A stretch of DNA of 64,000 nt from Basidiobolus meristosporus CBS 931.73 (Eukaryota; Fungi; Basidiobolomycota), in assembly GCA_002104905.1 (NCBI GenBank), contig MCFE01000071.1, positions 122,329-186,328 on the forward strand. Direction: 5' to 3'. The notes beneath the pieces are model-generated. The model ran no database searches and was not told where the DNA came from. It saw nothing but the letters and a program-made list of their open reading frames with translations. Below are positions 24,211 to 35,449 of this stretch, in pieces; positions within the stretch are counted from its first letter, which is position 1; each line of letters opens with the position of its first letter. The position numbers and the translations under genes were made by a program.

Positions 24211-26045
24211 ATGTTTCTATGCAGAGCCAGCCCAGTGAGAATCGGGTTAACGTCGCTCACAACCCCATTCCGGGGCTTTCACAGTGCTTCCGCCCTGGAG
24301 GTTTACAAGCACATGCCCAAGCGAAAGCGCAAATTCGCCAAGCACGCAACCTACACCGATTCCTTTGACGACGAGGAGGTTTCGGAGCTGGAGAGAGAGG
24401 AGTTCTTCTCGGAATTAAGCCAGCAAGTGAACCGGCTTTGTTTGGCGGTAACCAGCACCAGAGAGGATGAAAAACGACGAGAGTTGCTCTACGAGCGGGT
24501 GGATAAGGTTTTGAAAAGATGGAATCCAGGTGGAAGCGTTTTTGGTTGGCCTCGAGATGGTGGCAGACGCCGGTACTAACCTGGCCTCCTTTTCCTCAGA
24601 CACAAGGCTGTTCCCCTTCGGCAGCACGGTCTCCGGGTTCGGGTTGAAAAATTCAGGTCAGACTTTGATGGCTCGTCTGACGTATCGTTTCTGGATGATT
24701 GACTTTGGCCGCTAGATGTGGATTTTTGCGTGTGCACCAGGGGTCGTGATGCCACGAGTCCTCGCAGTTTTGTCACCCAGTTCGGCAAGATCTTAAGCTC
24801 CGGTAAGTGCGCGACAAGCAGTTTGGGAAGAGCGGAGAAATCGGCTGACCCAGGCTGGATGTAGCTGATTTAGGAAACGTTATCACTATACCTCAAGCCA
24901 GAGTCCCCATCATCAAACTTCAAGTACGCACAGCATTCGTCTAGGATGGTATCCATGCACTTTATTGACGTTTTTCGGCTAGGATCGAGCTAGGTACGTG
25001 CGTGGAGTAGATCTAGGCTCTTTGTCCTCGCCTAATAGCCTGTGTCAACAGTGGGCTAAGCTGCGACATCGGCTTCAACAATATCATCGGCGTCTACAAC
25101 GCTCTTCTGTTGAAAACCTACTCGCAGGTGATACATCACTCCAGCCGGTTCAACGTGATTTGGAAACTAACCCTGAACCCAGATCAACCCGGAGCTGCGT
25201 CGACTGGTGACGGTTGTCAAACACTGGGCAAAATCCCGTCGAATCAACGAACCATTCACTGGAACCTTGAACAGCTATGGCTTTGTGCTGATGTCGATCT
25301 TTTTTATGCAGCAGCACGGGTATCTACCAGTGCTTCAGCAGATTCGCACGGATTACTCCAAGCCCCGACCACGAGAGATGGTCAATGGGTGCAACACCTA
25401 TTTTTTCGATGATCTCAAGTGCCTCCAGAATCATTGGCGGCCCAAGGGCGGCAGCCAGGAGATGGGCCAGCTGCTGTACTCCTTCTTCAACTTTTATGCT
25501 AACGAAGTCGCTTTGGACCGGACAGTCGTCAGGTAATTGGATCGCTCCCTGCACTGCCCTCAGTCGAGATGTAACTAACCCTCGCCAAGCATCCGCACCG
25601 GAACATTGCTAGATCGTGGGGAAAAGGACTGGCATATCTACGTGAGAATACCTCCAATTGCTGCCACAGCCAGTGGACTTACTGACCCAACTTTAATCCG
25701 TTGACCTAGACACGAAGCCATGGCAGAATGCTCTACCACGGGGGCTATTGGTAATAGGCACTGGCACTGCAATGTCGCATCACCCCTCTAACGACCCCCA
25801 CCCCTGCCTCCATAGGATCTGCATCGAAGACCCATTTCAGACGGAGAACAACGTAGGAAGAGTCGTCAACAAATTCGGGTAAGTCCCACTGCGCCAAGTG
25901 TTCATCCACTCAAGTAACCTCTATCTGTACCCTACACAGCCATTATCTGATCCGCCAGGAGTTCAAGCGTGCACTTAGTATACTCAACCGTTTTGAGCCG
26001 CACGGCGTGCTGAAGAAGCTGTGCGAGCCATACAAGAAACACTGA
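24211..26045 (+). CDS. Cid1/GLD-2/TUTase-family non-canonical poly(A)/poly(U) polymerase, many introns
   Basis: LFPFGSTVSGFG...DVDFC, ARVPIIK, CDIGFNN, VKHWAKSRRINEPFTGTLNSYGFVLM, and the PAP-associated CIEDPFQTENNVGR. Confidence 0.88.
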
Positions 26046-26126
26046 TACCATTGTTACAGATTGATTTAATAAGAAATTTGCCAACACTGCGTACAAACAA
26101 TTAGAGTCAAGTAAAAGAAATATGTT

Positions 26127-28146
26127 TCAGTCAAAGTCCCCGGCGAAATCTGTCGATTCTATCTCATCCTCGATGTAGATGCGGTGCTCCTGACACCCAT
26201 ATGAGGATGGGGTGACTTCTATCAATGTGTCGCGTGGGATGTTGATGTTGGGAATTTCCTGGGAATCGAGGTAATGAGTGAACAGCGCTGATCATGAACA
26301 CGCATCGGTACTTACGTCGGCAGGCCTCCCAAAGTAGTACGCGTAGAGCGTTCGCAGAACGGTCTCCTGTGCAATGATCAGGATATCGTTTTTGTCGCGC
26401 TCCAACTGCAGAATGATCTCTTCGAGACGAATGGCAAGCTCGTGGTAGGACTAGATCACAAGAATAAATGACAACTCTGGGGCAAGGGCGGGGTCACTAC
26501 ATCCTTACCTCGCCACGAGGATAGCGATGGTTGTAAGGGTCCTTCTGATGCTTTTCGTATTCTTCGGGATACTTGGCCTACAGTGGAGCGGTTAGCTCAA
26601 TCCACCGGAATCTACAGAGATCAACACCGCACCTGGATCTCGGCGTTGGTTAGCCCATCTATTTCGCCAGGGTTTAGCTCCAGCAGCCCAGCAACCTGTC
26701 GCACCGGTATCTCTTCGGGGAAAAACTGCGTCGTGCTGACGCTGCGCTGTCGAGTGCTAGTCCATATCTGTAGAGTCGGCATTAATTAAACGATCCATCG
26801 CCCGACATTGGGAGTCTCAGTTACCCCAAATGGCCGGATTTCCTGGCCGGAGATTTTCTTCTTCTGTCGGTGGGCAAGTAGCACATTCTTGAGGTTCTCA
26901 GCGTAACGTACCCCGCGAGCACTCAAGGGGGAATCCCCCTTGTAAGAATTGACAACCGATTCGCCACTCTACATAGATAGAAGCGTCAATTGCTGGACAC
27001 CCCCGTTCGATGTTTGTTGCTTACTCACTCTGGCGAAGTATACGGTTCGGTCGTTGATGTGGAGATTCATCAAATAGAAGACTATCCGCGTCTAGGAGCG
27101 GGTGGGGTGGGCTTGGTTATCTGTGAAGCCGATAATATGCGGTAGGACATGATTGTACCTGGAGATATCCTTGAATGTTGTTCAATATAATTTGATCCCC
27201 AGCGTTCAGGAGCTTGACGAAGCTTAGACTACGGTCGGTGATGGTTTCATAATAAGGAACATGATTATTGATTCTGCGCTGTTGTCACGGGCATCTGTTA
27301 GTCAGCGAAACAACTCTGCGATTCGGCTATCAGTACAAACCACAAAATCCTTGACTGCTTGATCAGGGTCCCAGTTGGTGTACTAAAGAAGTGCTCCTGT
27401 TAGCAAAGAACAACAAGAAGTGGCGAAGGATGGTCGGTACATCTGGCGACGAGATCTTCACACTCCTCACGTTTTCCTCGATTATTTTTGGATCGTCACA
27501 AATGGATTCTACAGACAATCAGGCGTCAAGGTCTAGACTTTGTCGGCAGTTTCTTCTACTACTTACCAATAAAAATCACCTAGGCAAAAGAGCCCACAAT
27601 TAGTGAGCGGTTTATAGGGATTAGCCTGTTGCCACTTACATGGATGTCGTTTGCCTCCAACCTCTCCAAGACTTGCCTTCTTCTTTCTTCGGTTATATTG
27701 GACGCATCGTATATACCCACTTGGCCCACGCTACGCAACCACACGATCATGTCCTCCAAAGCAGCATTCGCAACTTGATGACGAAGTTCAGCCGTTTCGT
27801 TGTTCCCTATTGTGTAGCTGGTTACCTTCAAGGAAGCGGTGGCAGTGATGAAAGGGATCTTGGGCTACCTGGGTTGAAAAAGTCGTGGCCTAGAGTCTTG
27901 CACACCATCTTTCGACGATAATTGCCTACGTGGAACACCTGAGTTTGAACACCAAGCCAACGCAAGTATCTTCTCAAAGAACGACTGACATGGGTTTTCC
28001 CTCTCGCTGGAAGACTTGGGAATCCAGATGAGCTTGGGAGAAAGTTCAGAAGACCAGAGAATAGTTAGTTACCCTACAAGAACCAGTGCAATGGCACCGG
28101 CATGGAACAAGCGGCCAGACTCAGTCTTGTATAATTGGGCAGCCAT
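26127..28146 (-). CDS. 6-phosphofructo-2-kinase/fructose-2,6-bisphosphatase family protein (phosphatase histidines absent)
   Basis: MAAQLYKTESGRLFHAGAIALVLVG|LPARGKTH (Walker A), VFHVGNYRR, IYDASN, FAR|SGES, ILIIAQETVLR and C-terminal TDFAGDFD*. Confidence 0.88.
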
Positions 28147-30875
28147 ACAACCAAAGACGATAGTAACAGAGAGTAGACTTGAACTGCTAGTGCAAGAAAC
28201 GGTTTAGGAAAACCCAGTCCAGCCTTGCGATCATCCCCCCGCTAATAGTCCGGTTACTCAGCTTATCAGCATTTACCTTATCGTGCCCCTTTCAATCACA
28301 TCCCGAAGATGACGTTTCCATATTCGATCATGGATGTGATGGATATGGAGTAAACTCATACTATCTTATCGCAAGGAATCATCCAATGGTTGGGATTTCC
28401 ACTCAGCACGATGAAGCCATCCAGTCAACACTGGCCAAAGAAGTCACTCCACTGCGCAATCTGCCCACTAAAGGTCACCAATCAACCTATAACCAGCCCC
28501 GTGGCAAGGAGCGACTTGGGTGTGAGTACGGCAGGCATTGCTAGTTTAGGCAGTCCGTACCAAACATCGATTAAATTGGTTTTCTTTTTGTCGGCACTGC
28601 CAATGCTGAAATCACCTTTACACGGTTGATGAGAATTACTGCTCTTGGTATGGATCTACTGTGCTGGCCCCAGGCAATCTGGATAGAACAAGATCTAAGT
28701 CACTATTGATGAATACTGAGCGCTGGATGCTGAATGCTGAATCGATCAAGCAGGCTGCTTGGCGTCCGAGCAAAAGTTCACATGTACGTGATAATCAGAG
28801 CGCAGGGTAAAGGTTAGCAGGCCTGTACACCACACATTACCTGAGACGGCATCTTGAATAAGTAATTGCTCCCCATTAGCGAGACGATGGTTTGGGCAGT
28901 GGCACGTCGATACGAACTCATTTGATGGGATTGTCAATGATCGACCAGTGGGATGAGTGGGCATTTCAAGATGCTGTGTAAGACCTTGAAACTGGCTGTG
29001 CCGTGGTACACCACAGCCGCACCTGGCTTCACTTCCGTAGCAGGGATTTTGTGGTAGACTATGCATTCAATTCCCAAACCTGAGGCCGAACCCTGCCCAC
29101 AACATTGTGCTGGCAGTGTTTCGAGGTGAAACACAGTCATGATCCGCGATGGCCTTGGCAGACACGCATCTCATCGATTGCACAGTGAAACGGAACGAAT
29201 CAAAACGAGCGGCACTGGACGCGATCTCATCCATAAAGAAATGAACTTCAATACTTCCTGATCATTGCCGGAAGGGAGAGCCAGTACGGGCTAAATGAAT
29301 ACGCTGCTCGCCATGTTGCACAAGTAGGTTATGAAGAGCGAGACGATTTGGGCCTATGAGGCTCGTCGCTGCCCCATTCCCATGTCATCATCACCTACCC
29401 ATATGGCAGTAATTGATGGCAATAACCGGTATTCTGAATAATCCTCCTAAACCAACGAAGCAGGTTCATATGTGTCACCCAGGTAACTTGTGCGATCGGT
29501 ACCCCAAGCCAGCTTGGTCAAGTGACCCTAGTGAGATGAAATTCCCCTTAAAGCACAAATGCATGATCAAGCGAACGGCGAGCATCGGCCTCCACTGGGA
29601 ACAACATCCGGCGGGAAGGCGGGATAGAGCTTCGGCCTTTGCGTGCTATCCGATGGCCATCGGTGGCGGTTACTGCGCATTGCCCTCATACGCGCGGACA
29701 TACGAGAAACCCTTTGGTTGATCTAGAGCGATCTACTACCCAAACCACCCATCCAAAATGGAAAATGATCGATCACAGTCATCATCACAGCATACCCCAA
29801 ATTGAAATCGGAACCCTGAGGACAACCATTGGCCGGGTCCCAACCTCGCCTTGGTCGAAAGCTAGTCCAATTGAGGAAATAGGGGGAGGAGGGCTGCGTC
29901 TGCATACACTTAGGGTTAGCACCTGGCATGTACTCTAAATCACTCGATTAGTTGCGCTCGGATAACGGCGGTTGTGTTGCAAGATCTCCAATAGGATCGA
30001 GATGTTCCGGAACACCAGGCTGGATATTGATTGATCAGAAGTATGGCCATTCCCTGCCAATTGCATGCCTAGTGAGGCATAATCGAACCACCGCTCATTA
30101 TGTCTTGTAAGGCTCTCCTCGGCATTCGCAAGTAGACTGAATGCAGGAAATAGGGGAAGCTTGTTGTCACAAATGGAGTGAGTCAGTCTGAGAACTGTTG
30201 GATTGTTGTGGTGTTGTCTCCTGTTTGGTGCAAATTTAGCATCTTTTACTTGCGTTTGATCTCCTGGCATGAGTCCCGATCAGGAGCTGATACGATCTTA
30301 ATCTTCTGATCAATTGCCAAGGCACATGGCGAGAGCGAGCATTGGTGGGCAATATAATCGGCCAATACAGTCCTTGGTAGGCTAATTGTTCACTTCCATT
30401 ATTATTTTTGCTTTTTCAATCGCTAAGGTACTATAATCGAGTAATACAATTCCTGTGAGACCAGAGTGACCAGAGGGAAAAAAATCGGTGGAGAGGGTGA
30501 AGAATGGGATTGTGCCCATCCAACCAAATCAACTCTATCGCATTTTGACTCAAATACTCCCGATTCTCGTCGTATCAACTGTTTATACTTTTCTTCCTGC
30601 GAAGTTATTAATTGCCCACAGTTGCTCTTGCGACCTTCTTTCGACCCAAGACCTATCCATATTTATCTACTTGCTGGCTATCTACGTGGGTCACCCCCCT
30701 CCTTTATTAGCTGAGCGTTCGTCTGCGTTGCTCCCCTACTTTCTTGCTTGCCACAACCACCCCTTGCAGAGAAGCCTGTGGACACCAGTCGTGGACAAAC
30801 CACTATTGTTATTCTCTCTAGATACAGAACGAATTGTTGGCCACACTCTCTCAGCGCCAAGTAGTATCGGAGGAA

Positions 30876-33535
30876 ATGATTACTTCCCAAAGGACGTGCT
30901 TCTGGGCACTTCTTTCTACCTCGAACCTTAAATTTGTGTATGTTTCCCCTAGTCTGGAAACCTCTCTGCCCAAAGAGCAGGCTATACTGGGTACACATTT
31001 CTACGATTACCTGCATCCAACTGAATACTCTGCAGCCAAGAGAGACATATCGCGGTCTATAGAGCAGCAGGACCTGCGCGGTTCAGTTACCAGGTATGGG
31101 AGACAAAGCTTTATTCGCCGGGGATACGAGTTCCGCACGGATAGTCCGAACCACCCTTCTAACCCGGTTTTGTTTTCAGATGTCGGTTTCGAAACATTTT
31201 CCTCACTCGTCCTCTGGTCAGACGCGACCGTAAGGCCTCAATTGCCGTACCGCAGGAGCGGGATACGGAGTGCAAGGGCTCTCACAAGGCCTCGCCTTCT
31301 AGCCCCACAATGAGCAACCAGAAACACTCACCGCGCTCCTACTTCAACTCGTTTATTTCGAAGGAGCCACGGGAATCGAGTAGCTTGCATGAGGAGGATG
31401 ATGAATACCTGGTGATGGATATCACTCTCAATGTCCTTTGTGATGGCGTGGTTCTGGGGATATTTCACCCCATCCAAGGTAAATCTCGGATAGAACTGGG
31501 CTGAATTGCTTTGTGTGGCTTACAAATGATGGCAAATAGATGAGCAGCAAAAGCACGTGTGCGGTCAGAAGAACTATAGTACTCAGGTTTGCCACCATTC
31601 AAGATGCTTCGTGTGAGGGTTGTGTGGCCTGAACTTACATTTCCATCATCGTAGGAGATCGAGAGTTGGACCCAATGTGTTCGCTATCTTAGCGAGCAAG
31701 ATAGGCTACTAGGCCATGCGCGAAACGCCTTCGACGTTCCGTTGACGCCCAATACTCCTCAAAGCCCGTCCCACACAGTCTCTGCACAAAACTCTTTTGC
31801 CACCTCACTACCGACCAATCACTCGTATAGCAGTGGTAATAGTGGTAGTCGCGTATTCTTTATTCTGGATTCTGAGACCCTTTCGCCATTGCTCTGCTGG
31901 CCGGAGGAAACATTTTGCAAGCTCACGGGTGCTAAGCATGTCCCTCCCCCTGGATCACGAGGGGTTCTGGAGCATCATCTAAAACCAGAGGACTTGCGCA
32001 TGATTAAGGATCATCTGGCCAAAGCCCCACCAGCCGATGGTCGTCTTTGTGCACAAAGCTACTCGGGGAAACACGGTATCATCCACATGGATGGTTCACT
32101 GCAATACATTCAGTGCATAATCATTCCATACGGATCGATTACGTTTGCATGTTTCCAGCCTGCCATGCCGCTACTCTCGAATTTCGCTGCCCAGCAGCCG
32201 CTGCAGTTGAGCCTCCCCCCTGGTAAGCGACATTCGCCGTTGAACGAGAAAGTTCTAGGTATTATGTTCTGTGGAGTCACAATCGATTTGCTCAAACTAA
32301 TTCTCCTTGTTAGAGACGAAGCCGAACCACTCGTATACACCACTCACCAGTGCATCTAGTGTATCACACCTGCTAAATCCATCCCATATCCCCACTAGCG
32401 AAATGCCTCTGACCCCATGCTCTCCACCGGTTCACGGCCCCACTCAACCACTATTCAACAGCACGGCGCCCGGGGAATACTCCCACATGTATTCTTATTA
32501 TCCCCGAAACTCACACAACCGCGCAAGTCTTCCATCAATACCTACCGTGAGAGAGCAGGGGTCCGACTTGAGCTTCAATGCGAATCGCCGTGCTTCTGAG
32601 CCACACACTACTTTTGCTCGACCAAGGGACAGGATGATCTCCAGCATGCCGTGCGGTTCACTCTCCCAGATCCCGGAGAATCAGGCGACTGACCCGTCGT
32701 CGTCAAGCAAGCGCACCTCGAACGAACAGGGGGGAGCTACCGGTCAAGGCCTGGCCAAGAGGTTCCGACCAGAGCACGAGGATCTAAGGGCTCGCGTGCT
32801 GGGTCGTAATTATTCCGAAAGTGACATCTTCATGCCAATGGATCATGGTGGTGTTCATCGTCGTCACTCATCACCAGTACCCCATCGAGAATTGGCTAAT
32901 GCTCAGGCCCCATTGCCTCCAATTTCACAGCTGGTGTATCCCCAACCTCATCAACCGGGCACGGGCTCTTCCTACCCGCCGTCACAACCGCCTTCGCCTT
33001 ATGTGATGACAACACCGGTCGGTGTTCACTCGCAGGTACCCAATCAGTTCATGCCATCCGCTTCTGGGCATCATACGCCCCCTATGGCGCAGGGTTACAC
33101 GATGACTCGGGGTGGAGTGCCTATATCTTTCCTTCACAGCAGCACCAGCGTACAGAAGAGATGCGAAAGTTGCAACACCAGCCAGAGCCCAGAGTGGAGA
33201 CGTGGCCCTACTGGGCATAAAACGTTAGTAGCTTTCTCTACGAAGCACAGCTTGGAGTCCGCAATAGCGTGTGATGCTAACGACATTGAATATATAGGTT
33301 ATGTAATGCGTGTGGCTTGAGATATTCCAGATCCATAGCAAGGGCGGGAAAGCAGCAACAAAAAACGAACCCGGCTAATGCTTCGTCGAACCCCCCTCGC
33401 CCCAACAACAGTTACCCGGAAACACCTACGTCACAGCTACGCACAAGTACGATCCTTCACCCCAGCTATTCCCACCCGGTCCACGTCCCCTCAAGCCTAC
33501 CCAGCTCCACTGGGAACGGTCGAGAGAGCCGCTGA
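30876..33535 (+). CDS. PAS-domain GATA zinc-finger transcription factor
   Basis: MITSQRTCFWALLSTSNLKFVYVSP...FYDYLHPTE (PAS-like), and a C-terminal CESCNTSQSPEWRRGPTGHKT|LCNACGLRY (CX2CX18CX2C) split by an intron. The start codon is inferred. Confidence 0.85.
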
Positions 33536-33775
33536 GACTTGACTCGCATGCACGCCTTCATCGTCCACACCACTCCTTCACCAAACTATTTTACAGCAGA
33601 GAAGAGACGAGACGAGGGAAATTATTTGAGTTTTTCTTTTTTTGGGGGGGGACGCGCTGCTGAAGTTCTTTTGACCATCGTGCTGGGTGCTCGCAGCAAC
33701 AAAACCGCGCCGGCTGGGGCACACATCATCGCAATTTGGGGAAAACCATTTCTCGGGATTTCAGTAGATCGGGTC

Positions 33776-33806
33776 TATATATATATATACATATACATAT
33801 ACATAC
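33776..33806. repeat. (TA)n/(TACA)-type microsatellite
   Basis: tatatatatatatacatatacatatacatac. Confidence 0.85.
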
Positions 33807-34549
33807 AGACATGTTCAAATCCTGACCGCTGAGGACTTTTGCATCAAACAGCTCGAAGCACGCTCTGTAACGGATGCTCTTGGGCGGACCCTCCTCCGAC
33901 TTCTCTTCATTGTACTGGTCTCATGCGCCACTACATCTCTTCTTCTCCTCCTCCTCCTCCTTCTCCCCACCTTATCAAGAATTTTAATCTTTTCTGCGGT
34001 CTAGTCAATTTATGCCACATCTAGTGTCAAATGAATGTTTTTTGTAGTCATACTAAGGTAACTAATACTATTGTGTCTTGCTCCCTCTCACCACACCACA
34101 TCACACCGCCCCTCCCAGCTCTCGTGCATCCCATAAAGTCGGGATTTTGATTCGACTTCTGAACATAATTACCCACCTTTCCTCCCCCCCCTCTCCTCCG
34201 TACATTCTACCAAACCCACTTTGGAACATACACGCACGAACCGATTAAATTGATTGAACTCTTTGTCAAAAGAAGGAACTGTTGTCCCTAGGTGGTTGCA
34301 TGTTAATGGGCATCTCTGATCGGACATTTTCCCGGTGGGATTGGGTTTATTGCTTTGTGAAGATCGGTTCGCTTCCCCCGGCTCACTTGGAAGAACCCCC
34401 CCGCGCACGGACGGTTTCCCCCCAGCGGCAGGCGCATGGCGTCGCGGGAGGGGAGGGGGGAAGACGGGTGAATGGTACGGGTAGGTTGTATTATGCATGA
34501 TGGGGAAAATCAACGAGCTGGATGATAGGGGTATTCGTCGACGGGATGT

Positions 34550-34981
34550 CTAGGCAAGCGCCTTCACGGCCTGCTCCTTGGTTTGGTGATTGTAGATACG
34601 GTATAGCTGGTAGAGCGAGGTGGTGGCCACGAAGAGGTTCACCGAGAAGAGACCCCAGTTCTTGGGAATAATCTGGGTGGAGTAACGAGTCCAGATGAGC
34701 CCGGTGCAGGCCAAGGCTGTGTTTCGAAGGGTTAGTCGGGGGCCACGCCAGTTGCGACCGCGTTCACTTACCGGTTTGTTGGGAAACGGAGAGTTGATCC
34801 GGGGAGCGGCTCAAGTCCCCAAGGCCGGCGAAGACCAATCCCTACAAGGACTCAGTGGGTGGTTTGGTGGAGAGTGATGGTTGCTCGCTAATCATACCCA
34901 TTTAACAGCTGGTGCCCAGAAGTGGACGGTCTTGGGGCCAGCGGGATGGTTCCAGAAACGAACGACTGAAGAGGTGGACAT
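34550..34981 (-). CDS. MPC2: Mitochondrial pyruvate carrier 2 (3 exons; not in the ORF track)
   Basis: Spliced translation: MSTSSVVRFWNHPAGPKTVHFWAPAVKW|GLVFAGLGDLSRSPDQLSVSQQT|ALACTGLIWTRYSTQIIPKNWGLFSVNLFVATTSLYQLYRIY...*. Confidence 0.92.
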
Positions 34982-35449
34982 GTTGGGAAGGCGTGGAGGG
35001 ATCGCTCGGTGGGCACTTGCGAGATCAACGTGAATCGCCCAGCTGGCCATCCCTCTGTGCTTTTATCCATCCCAGGCTCCATGAGTTGTATGCAGTCATA
35101 CCAAGATTATCCGGAGATCTAGCTGAAATCACCTCCGTCTCAATCCGAAAGGCGAGTCTCGGTTCCACAAGCTCGCATATGATCTACTGGAGATATCGGA
35201 TGAATATAATCAGCAAACACACTGAAAGGAACTTTATATATCTATGGTTTAGAGGGAGGGGGTGGCAGTTTCCGAGGGATCGAAGGGTTGGGTTAAGTAG
35301 GCTTCTGGTGTGGCTATCAAAAAAGGGAGTGATTCAATAAGGTGTATGGGACAGACATGGAAGACGAACAAAAAATACAGCAGATGATTAAATGGCGCCT
35401 GGTGAGCGGTGGTAAGTCATTTACAGGAGGATCGATTCGAGCAACCCCA

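Noticed and set aside
28200-30870. Hidden genes in the 2.7-kb divergent intergenic region
   Set aside because: The short ORFs there have no recognisable motifs or consistent splice structure; most likely a long promoter/5' UTR region.
21590-33535. Light-signalling cluster (DET1 plus a PAS-GATA white-collar-2-like gene)
   Set aside because: Two unrelated metabolic/RNA genes intervene, and the GATA protein cannot be shown to be a WC-2 orthologue. Proximity alone is not evidence.
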